Below are positions 1 to 7,254 of a stretch of DNA of 49,779 nt, one piece after another (position 1 is the first letter of the stretch; each line of letters starts with the position of its first letter). The stretch lies in the IMG/VR virus record IMGVR_UViG_3300021387_001333, positions 1 to 49,779 of that record; one strand, 5' to 3'. This DNA is from a virus. The notes below the pieces were generated by a model, which ran no database searches, was not told where the DNA came from, and saw only the letters and a list, made by a program, of their open reading frames with translations. Both the position numbers and the translations under genes were made by a program.

Positions 1-107
1 AGGACGGCCCGTCCGAACTGTCACGCAACCTGTCAGGACTACAAAGATTTCGTGATTGAGCGGCAAAAATATCACGATGAGCGGCGAAAACAGTCTGTCA
101 TTGCCGA
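1..107. repeat. Terminal direct repeat, copy A (identical to 49673-49779)
   Basis: Compared base by base and all 107 nt are identical. This implies a circular or terminally redundant genome with a 49,672-bp unit. Confidence 0.97.
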
Positions 108-159
108 ATATATCAAGTCAAGGCATGAAAGACTGGACAAGTACGATAACAGAAGGTGA
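1..159 (+). CDS. Small Cys-rich protein, C-terminal part (the ORF starts at 49640 and crosses the window junction)
   Basis: Frame 1 is open from base 1 to TGA 157-159. It continues the ORF that begins at ATG 49640 (MTNSPCKGCERRTARPNCHATCQDYKDF...), giving 63 aa in total with a CxxC plus CxxxC pattern. Function unknown. Confidence 0.55.
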   Translation, partial: RTARPNCHATCQDYKDFVIERQKYHDERRKQSVIAEYIKSRHERLDKYDNRR

Positions 160-169
160 GTGATGCAAA

Positions 170-487
170 TTGGACAAGATTACCCCTGATATGCTGATGA
201 CATTTCTGATTGTTGCGGCGGCGCTAATTGGTTTTATCCTGATATGCTGGAATTTGATAGACAAGATTAAAATAGCCCATCAGCCAAAGGACAGCATGGC
301 GCAGTGGCAACGCGAAACGGACGAGAAACTGAAACGTGACAAGGAACGGCTGGACATCCTGGAGGACGGAAACAAGGTCATCTGCCGTGGCATCCTCGCA
401 CTGCTCAGCCATGAGATTAACGGAAACTCAACGGACAAGCTAAAAGCAAGTCAAAGCGAAATAACAAACTATCTGATTGACAGATAA
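170..487 (+). CDS. Membrane-anchored coiled-coil protein, lysis-module associated (function unknown)
   Basis: ORF track, TTG start with AAGGTGA at 153-159. An N-terminal hydrophobic helix (LMTFLIVAAALIGFILICW) is followed by a charged helical tail. The role is inferred from context only. Confidence 0.5.
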   Translation: MDKITPDMLMTFLIVAAALIGFILICWNLIDKIKIAHQPKDSMAQWQRETDEKLKRDKERLDILEDGNKVICRGILALLSHEINGNSTDKLKASQSEITNYLIDR

Positions 488-503
488 TGAAAGGAGAATG
501 GTT

Positions 504-755
504 ATGACGAAGGAAGATTGGGTTCGTAAACTTACCAGCAGAAAATTTTGGGTTGCTATTGCCGGACTGGTCACTGGTATTGTCGGATTCCTGAAAAATC
601 CTACCACAGATGCGGAAGTCATCACATCCCTGATCATGGCGCTCGGGTCAATTGTTGCCTACCTTGTTGCCGAAGGTTTGGTGGACGCTGCCCGTGAAAG
701 TGGTGATCTTTACGTCACAGAGCCGGAAGAAAAACCGCCCGAAAAAGTTGAATGA
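504..755 (+). CDS. Putative holin (two TM segments)
   Basis: ATG 504 lies 7 nt after GGAG 493-496, in the frame of ORF 477..755. It has two hydrophobic helices (FWVAIAGLVTGIVGF and ITSLIMALGSIVAYLVA) and a charged C-terminus. The SRKFW-type N-terminus matches Firmicutes phage holins as I recall them. Confidence 0.55.
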   Translation: MTKEDWVRKLTSRKFWVAIAGLVTGIVGFLKNPTTDAEVITSLIMALGSIVAYLVAEGLVDAARESGDLYVTEPEEKPPEKVE

Positions 756-776
756 CAACACGAAAAATGCTATACT
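748..776 (+). promoter_or_regulatory. Sigma70-like promoter (TTGAAT, 17 nt, TATACT, with TG at -15/-14)
   Basis: -35 TTGAAT at 748-753, a 17-nt spacer, and TGcTATACT at 768-776, upstream of ORF 807. Confidence 0.45.
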
Positions 777-806
777 GTCTTTATAAAAGGCAGGAGGGCA
801 AGCGTT

Positions 807-1169
807 ATGACCAAGAAACCGTATTTAACTGAGCTGACGGATGAACAGAAGGCAGCGCAGATTCCCGTTTATCTCCACGACCGCGAAATGGCGCGGGCGG
901 AGCATGACAAACGAGGCTGGAAGACGGCGGCGTTCGTCGAGCTTGCTATCATTGTCATCATGATTGTTGCTTTCTTTATCTACGAAAGCCAGTTCGATAC
1001 TTATTCCTATGAGCAGGAAGCGCGTTATGATTCAGAGGTTCAAACCTCTATCCTGAACAACGGTACAGGGAGGGTAACGTATAATGGCAACGGTAGTGAA
1101 GCAGCGAGTGAAGGTACGTGTCAAGAAGACCAGCAGCCGGAACCCGATGAAGGAATGCCCGAAATGTAA
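807..1169 (+). CDS. Single-pass membrane protein (function unknown)
   Basis: ORF track; SD GGAGGG at 793-798. It has a central TM helix (AAFVELAIIVIMIVAFFIY) and a pattern common next to holins in Firmicutes phages (recollection). Confidence 0.55.
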   Translation: MTKKPYLTELTDEQKAAQIPVYLHDREMARAEHDKRGWKTAAFVELAIIVIMIVAFFIYESQFDTYSYEQEARYDSEVQTSILNNGTGRVTYNGNGSEAASEGTCQEDQQPEPDEGMPEM

Positions 1170-1190
1170 CGGTACAGGTCGTGTTCCAAG

Positions 1191-1403
1191 ATGACAGAAC
1201 TGAGCAAAACGGAGCTACAGACTGCCATCGACGAATGGACAATCGGCAGGAACGGCGAACGAGACCGCGCCATCCTGCGCCGACGTTTGATAGACGGCAT
1301 CCCTTTTGAAAGGCTGGCGGAAGAATTCGATCTTTCCGTCCGCCACACCAAGGAAATTGTTTACAAAAGAGTTGACTATATGTTCAAGCATATCCCCGGT
1401 TAA
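1191..1403 (+). CDS. Small sigma-70 region-4-like HTH transcription regulator
   Basis: ERDRAILRRRLIDGIPFERLAEEFDLSVRHTKEIVYKR resembles sigma70 region 4 / LuxR-type HTH. The protein is 70 aa. Confidence 0.6.
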   Translation: MTELSKTELQTAIDEWTIGRNGERDRAILRRRLIDGIPFERLAEEFDLSVRHTKEIVYKRVDYMFKHIPG

Positions 1404-1417
1404 TGCCGGGGATTTTT
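1392..1417 (+). terminator. Rho-independent terminator
   Basis: 8-bp stem ATCCCCGG/CCGGGGAT with loop TTAATG, followed by TTTT(T). Confidence 0.75.
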
Positions 1418-1456
1418 CATTTTGAAAATTTCTTCAAAAAGATTTTTAAAAAGGGC

Positions 1457-1485
1457 TTTACTTTTGGCTTATATTGGTGTATACT
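1457..1485 (+). promoter_or_regulatory. Sigma70-like promoter P-acc1 (TTTACT, 17 nt, TATACT)
   Basis: -35 at 1457-1462 and -10 at 1480-1485, with an AT-rich upstream tract. The blocks CTTTACTTTTGG and GGTGTATACTTATA are shared exactly with 3124-3152. Confidence 0.6.
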
Positions 1486-1531
1486 TATATCAGAGTTAAG
1501 GAAGACCTTAACCGAAGGAGGGCAACACAAA

Positions 1532-1690
1532 ATGACGAAACTGTACAACCGCAAGACACAGGAAGTTCAAATCATCGAAAGCAATGACGAAGCGTTTATC
1601 AACATGAGCATCAAGATTTGGGTTATGTACCACAACGAAAACAATCCCAACAACCGGATCACCAAGAAGGATATCATCGTAATCGACTAA
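1532..1690 (+). CDS. Hypothetical small protein
   Basis: ATG 1532 is preceded by GGAGGGCAACAC (1517-1528). 52 aa. Confidence 0.5.
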   Translation: MTKLYNRKTQEVQIIESNDEAFINMSIKIWVMYHNENNPNNRITKKDIIVID

Positions 1691-1740
1691 CAATCAACAA
1701 GCCGAGCCGGGGCGGCAAAACCCCGGCAGAAGGAGGAAAT

Positions 1741-2640
1741 ATGTATTACCAGATTAACGAAGCAACTGCCCGCAAAGCCAAGGAAATGAACAGCTTTTTC
1801 GATTACAAGGAAGGAAGCGCAACCGAAAGCTACCGCTCACAGGTTGATGAAGCAATGCGTCTTGCCGAAGAATGCAAAGAAAAGGTTGATCCCATGTACC
1901 ATGAAAAGATCGACTATTATGCTGATTTGTATGCCCGCAAGCTGGCGGAAAACATGAACAGGCGTTATGAAATTGATACCCGTTGCCCGTCTGTACTGAT
2001 TACTGGTGGAAGCAAATTTCCTGTTCATAAGAAGGAAAAGCAGAACGCTGCGCGGGATAAAAACTGGGCGGAATATGAGGACATCCAAGGCATTCTGCGC
2101 AAAATGCAGGGTGTTGGACACGGCGGCATTATGAGTGATGATACCCGGGCAATCGAAAAGCTGGAAATCAGGCTTGAAGCACTGGAACGGGAACAGGAAC
2201 ACATGAAAGCCGTCAATGCTTGGTGGAGAAAGCACGGGACGCTGGATGAATGCCCGGAACTAACGGAAAAGCAGCGCCAGGAAATCAAGGAAGATATGGC
2301 GCGTGGCTGGCGCTGTGATAGTAAACCCTTCCAAAGCTTGGCCCTGTCAAATAACAATGCCAATATTCGCCGCATCCGGGAACGCATTGAAGCCCTGAAA
2401 AAAGAGCAGGAGCGGGCGGAGAATCCTACAGAAGAAACGCATAACGGCTTTATCCTGCGGGAAAATGCGGAACTTTGCCGCATCCAATTTATTTTCGATG
2501 GAAGGCCGGATGAACAGACACGCACCATCCTGAAATCATATGGTTTCCGCTGGGCTCCGTCTTCTGGCGCATGGCAACGGATGCTGAATGATAACGGCCG
2601 GAGCGCCGCCCGGCAAGTGATGAAAGAAATGGAGGGCTGA
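1741..2640 (+). CDS. DUF3560-like protein (family typical of conjugative elements; recalled, unverified)
   Basis: ATG 1741 follows GAAGGAGG. 299 aa. The C-terminal ...FIFDGRPDEQTRTILKSYGFRWAPSSGAWQR pattern matches my recollection of DUF3560. Confidence 0.65.
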   Translation: MYYQINEATARKAKEMNSFFDYKEGSATESYRSQVDEAMRLAEECKEKVDPMYHEKIDYYADLYARKLAENMNRRYEIDTRCPSVLITGGSKFPVHKKEKQNAARDKNWAEYEDIQGILRKMQGVGHGGIMSDDTRAIEKLEIRLEALEREQEHMKAVNAWWRKHGTLDECPELTEKQRQEIKEDMARGWRCDSKPFQSLALSNNNANIRRIRERIEALKKEQERAENPTEETHNGFILRENAELCRIQFIFDGRPDEQTRTILKSYGFRWAPSSGAWQRMLNDNGRSAARQVMKEMEG

Positions 2641-2642
2641 AC

Positions 2643-2867
2643 ATGAAAACCACCGTATACCGCTATTACTGCCGTTTCCGTCCGCCTATGCCGGGAGCTA
2701 TCCCCCGGCAAGGGCTTGTCCGGGCTTACAGCTACGATTACAAGCAATGTATCGGGGGTGTAGGGGCTTGGGGCTTTGCTGAATATGACCGGGAGCTTAC
2801 AGCGGAGGAAATCTATCAGTATGAGCTTTCTCCTTCTCAAAATAACCCCCTTGAATATTCCGAATAG
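2643..2867 (+). CDS. Hypothetical protein
   Basis: ORF track. It is tightly packed after 1741..2640. 74 aa. Confidence 0.55.
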   Translation: MKTTVYRYYCRFRPPMPGAIPRQGLVRAYSYDYKQCIGGVGAWGFAEYDRELTAEEIYQYELSPSQNNPLEYSE

Positions 2868-2879
2868 TAGGTGTATACT
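2851..2879 (+). promoter_or_regulatory. Sigma70-like promoter P-acc2 (TTGAAT, 17 nt, TATACT)
   Basis: -35 at 2851-2856 and -10 at 2874-2879. It shares AGGTGTATACTT with the other accessory promoters. Confidence 0.5.
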
Positions 2880-2897
2880 TTTCCAGGAGGTGGGAAC

Positions 2898-3077
2898 ATG
2901 GCATCGGAAGCTCAAAAAAAAGCAACCTTGAAGTATGACGCGAAGAACACAAAGCAATACCATCTGAAACTGAACCTAAAAGAAGATAAGGAAATTATCG
3001 CAAAACTCGACAGCCTTGAAAATAAACAAGGGTATATAAAAGCCCTGATAAAAGCTGACCTTGGAATAGAGGATTGA
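2898..3077 (+). CDS. Small ribbon-helix-helix/Arc-like protein (tentative)
   Basis: ATG 2898 follows GGAGGTGGG. The 59-aa sequence KATLKYDAKNTKQYHLKLNLKEDKEIIAKL is consistent with a beta-strand-helix-helix fold. Confidence 0.55.
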   Translation: MASEAQKKATLKYDAKNTKQYHLKLNLKEDKEIIAKLDSLENKQGYIKALIKADLGIED

Positions 3078-3098
3078 CCGCTTCGGCGGTCTTTTTTT
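3076..3098 (+). terminator. Rho-independent terminator (UUCG tetraloop)
   Basis: GACCGC-TTCG-GCGGTC followed by T7. Confidence 0.8.
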
Positions 3099-3123
3099 AT
3101 GAAAAATTTTTTTCCAAAACCCC

Positions 3124-3152
3124 TTTACTTTTGGAAAGAATAGGTGTATACT
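3124..3152 (+). promoter_or_regulatory. Sigma70-like promoter P-acc3 (TTTACT, 17 nt, TATACT)
   Basis: -35 at 3124-3129 and -10 at 3147-3152. It is a near copy of 1457-1485. Confidence 0.6.
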
Positions 3153-3195
3153 TATAGCAAGGATCAGGAAATGATCCACCAAGGAGGGCAACACG

Positions 3196-3429
3196 ATGAA
3201 ATGGAGCAGAAAGACGCAAGAATTCCAGTATGCTGATTACATTAGCGAAAGCGGGAAATACAAAGTCAGAGACATGAGCATTAACGACAAAACGGGCTGG
3301 TGGAATGAAAACGGGAAGCGTGGATACTGGTGGGGATTGATCGAAAACATTAACGGAAACGAAAAGATTATTCAAGGGAATTTCAAAACAGCAAAAGCGG
3401 CAAAAGAATTTGCAGAAACACTCCAGTAA
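3196..3429 (+). CDS. Hypothetical protein
   Basis: ORF track; GGAGGGCAACAC at 3183-3194 precedes the ATG. Confidence 0.6.
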   Translation: MKWSRKTQEFQYADYISESGKYKVRDMSINDKTGWWNENGKRGYWWGLIENINGNEKIIQGNFKTAKAAKEFAETLQ

Positions 3430-3478
3430 AACAAAGGCCAGCCGGGAGCCTTCAATCCCGGCAGAAAGTGAGGACAGT

Positions 3479-3619
3479 ATGACCAGACAGCAGATGTACA
3501 GGGAGCTTGAACGGCTCTACGCGAACGTAGACTGGAGCGACAAAGACAGCATCAAGCAATATAACGAAAAAGCCCGCGAATATCGGAAAATGGTTGAGGA
3601 GGAAGAAGAAAATGACTAA
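3479..3619 (+). CDS. Hypothetical small acidic protein
   Basis: ATG 3479 follows GTGAGGA, within the frame of ORF 3410..3619. 46 aa. Confidence 0.45.
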   Translation: MTRQQMYRELERLYANVDWSDKDSIKQYNEKAREYRKMVEEEEEND

Positions 3620-3776
3620 ACTGATCCAAGCCCTGATTGCCCGGATTCTTACAGCCGAAACAGAAACCGAATGGAACACCCTTTGCAGTGACATTGACCA
3701 CCTTTACCAGCAGGAAAAGATCAAGTTCGCAGATCACGAAATGCTCTACCGCCTGATCAACAGACTTTATCAATAA
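3612..3776 (+). CDS. Hypothetical small protein
   Basis: ATG 3612 lies in the frame of ORF 3594..3776 and overlaps the preceding stop. Confidence 0.5.
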   Translation: MTKLIQALIARILTAETETEWNTLCSDIDHLYQQEKIKFADHEMLYRLINRLYQ

Positions 3777-3782
3777 TCCTGC

Positions 3783-3811
3783 TTGCAGCAAGATAATTTC
3801 TGATGTATTAT
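3783..3811 (+). promoter_or_regulatory. Sigma70-like promoter (TTGCAG, 17 nt, TATTAT)
   Basis: -35 at 3783-3788 sits inside the palindrome CTTGC-A-GCAAG. -10 is at 3806-3811. Confidence 0.5.
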
Positions 3812-3840
3812 AAGTCAAACAAAAACAGGAGGGCAACACA

Positions 3841-4116
3841 ATGAAGTACAAGCTCTACGCATCCTATGGCGTTCTCGCTCATGAAAAAACTCCGATTTTC
3901 TCAGACACCATCCCCGCATCCGATGCCTACAGTGTGATCACGGTCGAAATCCCGGACGAGTATCCGCTGTCGGAGAACGACCTCGGCGAAACCCTGATTG
4001 ATATCGAAGGGAAAACGTACCTCTTGCAGGAAGTCCTAAAGAACAAAGGTGACGATCCTGTACTAAGCTGGTATGACGGTCACTCCTACCATACCGTCCC
4101 GCTTATGGTTGTCTGA
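3841..4116 (+). CDS. Hypothetical protein
   Basis: ORF track; GGAGGGCAACAC at 3828-3839. Confidence 0.6.
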   Translation: MKYKLYASYGVLAHEKTPIFSDTIPASDAYSVITVEIPDEYPLSENDLGETLIDIEGKTYLLQEVLKNKGDDPVLSWYDGHSYHTVPLMVV

Positions 4117-4139
4117 TTCTTATGAATAACAAATTATAA

Positions 4140-4166
4140 GCCGCCCATAATCGGGCGGTTTTTTTA
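4140..4166 (+). terminator. Rho-independent terminator
   Basis: CCGCCC-ATAATC-GGGCGG followed by T7. Confidence 0.75.
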
Positions 4167-4210
4167 TTGCCCGTAAACAGCACTTTTTCCAGCTGAAACC
4201 AGCACCAAAG

Positions 4211-4247
4211 AAGCCCTTGGCGATCATCGTCAGGGGCTTATTTTTTT
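4211..4247 (+). terminator. Rho-independent terminator
   Basis: 9-bp stem AAGCCCTTG/CAGGGGCTT (one G.U pair), then A and T7. Confidence 0.7.
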
Positions 4248-4276
4248 GCGAAAATTTCAGCGAAGGAGGCGATCAG

Positions 4277-4435
4277 ATGAACGTTTTCATTGCCCGAATG
4301 ATTGACTGCGGACTGTCACGAGAAACCGCTCTCGCTGTCTGCCGTTACTATATGCGCTACAAAACCATTGCCGATCTTGCCGAATACGTCACCGCTCTGG
4401 AGGCTGAAACATATGGCCGTATGGAAGCTGTATAA
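4277..4435 (+). CDS. Hypothetical small protein
   Basis: ATG 4277 follows GAAGGAGG, in the frame of ORF 4217..4435. Confidence 0.55.
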   Translation: MNVFIARMIDCGLSRETALAVCRYYMRYKTIADLAEYVTALEAETYGRMEAV

Positions 4436-4799
4436 CCCTTCCCCGGTTGGTCGAAATGTCGGCGACTGTTCCGTCCGGGCTGTTGCAAAAGCACTTGATA
4501 CGGATTGGGAAACCGCTTACGCCCTGATTGCGATGAACGGCTTCCTGATGGGCGATATGCCGAGTTCGAACGCCGTCTGGGGCGCGGTTCTCCGGCAGAA
4601 CGGTTTTTCGCGTTACGCCGTTCCGAGTACCTGTCCCGATTGCTACACCATCGGAGACTTCGCCGATGAAAACCCACACGGCATTTACGTTGTCGGGACA
4701 GGAAATCATGTCTGCACAATCAAGGACGGCGTGGTTTTTGACAGTTGGGATTCCCGCTCCGAAATTCCTCAATACTACTGGACAAAAGACAACGGTTAA
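4413..4799 (+). CDS. Conserved phage protein with a GDCSVRA motif (possibly papain-like; function unknown)
   Basis: ATG 4413 is in the frame of ORF 4302..4799. The pattern NVGDCSVRAVAKAL...CPDCYT...GNHVCTIKDG recurs in Firmicutes prophages (recollection). Confidence 0.65.
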   Translation: MAVWKLYNPSPVGRNVGDCSVRAVAKALDTDWETAYALIAMNGFLMGDMPSSNAVWGAVLRQNGFSRYAVPSTCPDCYTIGDFADENPHGIYVVGTGNHVCTIKDGVVFDSWDSRSEIPQYYWTKDNG

Positions 4800-4811
4800 G
4801 GAGGCCTTACG

Positions 4812-5225
4812 ATGGCTTATAACAACGGTTTTCCCGTTACCTATCCTCAAATGTTCCCGCAGTACCAGCAACCATATCAAATGCCACAATACCAGCAAAT
4901 GCAGCAGCCAGCGCAACAGCAAATCCAGCAGCCATCCTCCCGGATGGCGGAAGTGTTCCCTGCGGCGAGCGAAAAGACCGTTCTCGAATTTCCCGTTCAG
5001 GCCGGTACGACCGTAATGTTTGTTGCGAATGACGATACCTTTACCGCGATCAAAGAGGCTTCTGTGACCGGGCAGATTACGACCGTTTTCTTTGACCGCA
5101 GACCTCCATCCGCCGCTGAAAAGCCTGTCGATATGGCTCTGTATGTGACCCGTGACGAGCTGGAAAAACGTCTTGCTGCTTTCGGCAAATCGTCCAGAAA
5201 AGAAACGGAGGTAGTTGAAGCATGA
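4812..5225 (+). CDS. Protein with a Q/P/Y-rich N-terminus (function unknown)
   Basis: ORF track; low-complexity N-terminal region of about 45 aa. Confidence 0.65.
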   Translation: MAYNNGFPVTYPQMFPQYQQPYQMPQYQQMQQPAQQQIQQPSSRMAEVFPAASEKTVLEFPVQAGTTVMFVANDDTFTAIKEASVTGQITTVFFDRRPPSAAEKPVDMALYVTRDELEKRLAAFGKSSRKETEVVEA

Positions 5226-5437
5226 GCTTCTTTAATCAGTTAGGAAAAGCCCCGCAGATGCCAGCGACCGGATTTCAGAACATGATGCAACGCTTCCAGC
5301 AGTTTCAGCGCATGTTTTCCGGAAACGCGGAACAACAGGTAAAACAGCTTCTCCAGTCCGGGCGTGTCACGCAGGATCAATACAATCAGGCCGTTCAGAT
5401 GGCGAAGCAGTTCCAGCAGATGATGGGCGGTAAATAA
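5222..5437 (+). CDS. Q/M-rich small protein (function unknown)
   Basis: ORF track; ATGA overlap with the preceding gene. Confidence 0.6.
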   Translation: MSFFNQLGKAPQMPATGFQNMMQRFQQFQRMFSGNAEQQVKQLLQSGRVTQDQYNQAVQMAKQFQQMMGGK

Positions 5438-5498
5438 AAAGCGCAATCCCGCTCAGTGCGCAGGGGCGGTTTGCTAATAAATGAAAGGACATAAAACA

Positions 5499-5961
5499 AT
5501 GGCTCTTACAGATGAAAATGGCGGCACGAACACTACTATGCTCGTCCAGCCCTCCGGCTTCGGCGGAAACGATGGTTTCATGGGCGGGAACGGTTGGTGG
5601 ATCATCCTTCTCTTCATCCTGCTTGGCGGCTGGGGCAACGGCTTCGGCGGTGGTTACGGCGGCTTTGGTGGTGGCATCAACGAACTGTACCCGTGGATGA
5701 ACAACAGTCAGAACATCAATTCCGGCTTCCGGGATCAGATGCTCAACGACAATATTACCTCCATCCGTGACGGCGTATACGGTATCAACAACCAGCTCTG
5801 TTCCGGCTTTGCTGGCGTGAACGCCTCTATCACCGGTGCTCAGAACGCTCTTGCCCAGCAGATGTACACTAACCAGATCGCTGACATGGAACGTTCCTTC
5901 GCCGCTCAGACTGCTTCTACCGCTGGCATGACCGCTCTCCAGTCTCAGCTCGCTCAGTGCT
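5499..5961 (+). CDS. Gly-rich/Cys-rich membrane protein, exon 1
   Basis: ATG 5499 lies 9 nt after AAAGGA. The N-terminal TM segment is embedded in G-rich repeats. The GC-rich coding composition stops abruptly at 5961, and the reading frame is restored at 7255. Confidence 0.7.
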
Positions 5962-6084
5962 TGAAGAAAGTAGTCCAGAAAGTCAAGGACGCTTTCACCT
6001 TCGCAAAATATGAAGCAGTAGGCACTTTAGCGGCGTAATCCGCTATGGCAATCGGGTGAATTGCTGGAAAACCTAAGTTTGCAC

Positions 6085-6113
6085 TTTACTTTCGCACTGT
6101 TTTGTTGTATAAT
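6085..6113 (+). promoter_or_regulatory. Sigma70-like promoter inside the intron (TTTACT, 17 nt, TATAAT)
   Basis: -35 at 6085-6090 and -10 at 6108-6113, just upstream of the endonuclease SD GGAGG (6129-6133). Confidence 0.5.
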
Positions 6114-6141
6114 TAAAATAGAATAAGCGGAGGTGAAGTAC

Positions 6142-7125
6142 ATGTATTATGTGTATGAATGGTTTGTTGTGGAAACTGGCGAGGTAATCTACGTCGGAAA
6201 AGGCACCGGGCGAAGATACAAAGTCAGGAAACACAACCGGCTCTTTAATGAAATGATACGTCGTTTTGAATGCGATAGTAGAATAGTTAAAGAGTTTGGA
6301 ACCGAACGCGAGGCTTTTGAGTTTGAGTTTGTCCGTATAAACGAAATGCACGAACGCGGTCAATGTGTGTGTAACATACATAATGGCGGATATGGTGGAA
6401 CCGTGGAATGGTGGACAGACGAATTGCGGGCGCATTATTCGGAAATAAATGTGATGAAATCAGAAGAGCAACGCAAACGCATGTCTGAAAACAATCCCAT
6501 GAAGGACAAGAAGATAGCTGAAAAGACAAACAGCCGGAAACGGAAAGCTGTAATTATAGGCGAACGTGAATATCCTTCAATTAAGGCGGTTTGTGAGGCT
6601 TACCATACTTCGTCTGAAGTGGTCTCAACGTGGTGCAAAAAAGGTGTCAATGCCCAAGGTGAAAAGTGCAGATACAAATGGCTTGACCAAGCTGAATTTA
6701 CAGACAAACGATATAACAAGGGCGGAAGCCGTGCAGTCGTTTATAAAGATGTTCGGTATGAGTGTATCAAAGATTTCGCCATTTCGATTGGAATCGGCGA
6801 AAGAACGGCATCCGAATGGTTAAAACGTGGATTCAATCCTGACGGAATACCATGCCGGTATGAGAATGATGCGCGCGAACTGGTTTTTATAAATAGACAT
6901 GTTGCGCGGAATAAAGCCAAATCAAAGCCAGTAATTGTAAATGGGGTTGAGTATAAGTCATGCGAAGAGGCAAGTAAAGCACTCGGAATCGCAAAGACAA
7001 CAATCTACTCCTATTTGCAAGGCATAAGGAAAAGCACAAAGTACATTTGCAAATATGGCAATCAGCAGCCAAGCCGGGGGAATACCGATGACAGTACCCC
7101 GGAAGGTTCAACGACTAACAGGTGA
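6142..7125 (+). CDS. GIY-YIG homing endonuclease with repeated NUMOD/IENR-like DNA-binding modules
   Basis: MYYVYEW...GEVIYVGKGTGRRY is a GIY-YIG motif. The protein also has a NPMKD (NUMOD3-like) motif and three repeats of Y-x-S/C-I/C-K/E-x-A/F...W/Y-x-K/Q-G helix modules. The gene is AT-rich relative to its flanks. Confidence 0.85.
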   Translation: MYYVYEWFVVETGEVIYVGKGTGRRYKVRKHNRLFNEMIRRFECDSRIVKEFGTEREAFEFEFVRINEMHERGQCVCNIHNGGYGGTVEWWTDELRAHYSEINVMKSEEQRKRMSENNPMKDKKIAEKTNSRKRKAVIIGEREYPSIKAVCEAYHTSSEVVSTWCKKGVNAQGEKCRYKWLDQAEFTDKRYNKGGSRAVVYKDVRYECIKDFAISIGIGERTASEWLKRGFNPDGIPCRYENDARELVFINRHVARNKAKSKPVIVNGVEYKSCEEASKALGIAKTTIYSYLQGIRKSTKYICKYGNQQPSRGNTDDSTPEGSTTNR

Positions 7126-7254
7126 GGACGGTAGACCAATAATCCTGACACGAGTGCCCGACCCCTACCCGCAAGGGAGGGTGAAGATATAGTCTGAACT
7201 CACGAGGAAACCGTGAGAAGTATAGGATAAAGAACCTATACGATAACATAATTG

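Larger units (their letters stand above)
5962..7254 (+). mobile_element. Group I intron (about 300-nt core plus homing endonuclease ORF)
   Basis: GAAGATATAGTCTGAAC (7183-7199) matches the conserved J8/7-P7 core AAGATATAGTC. A GCAA-capped hairpin lies just upstream. P9-like hairpins are at 7199-7217 and 7220-7241. The intron ends in G at 7254. The IGS GGCACT (6021-6026) pairs with exon 1 AGTGCT (5956-5961, U.G at the splice site). GCAGT (6015-6019) pairs with exon 2 GCTGC (7255-7259). Confidence 0.7.

Noticed and set aside
2025-2963. 312-aa minus-strand ORF opposite the DUF3560-like gene
   Set aside because: It is an antisense shadow ORF with S/R/C-rich junk-like sequence. It has no SD and conflicts with the promoter and terminator layout, which is all rightward.
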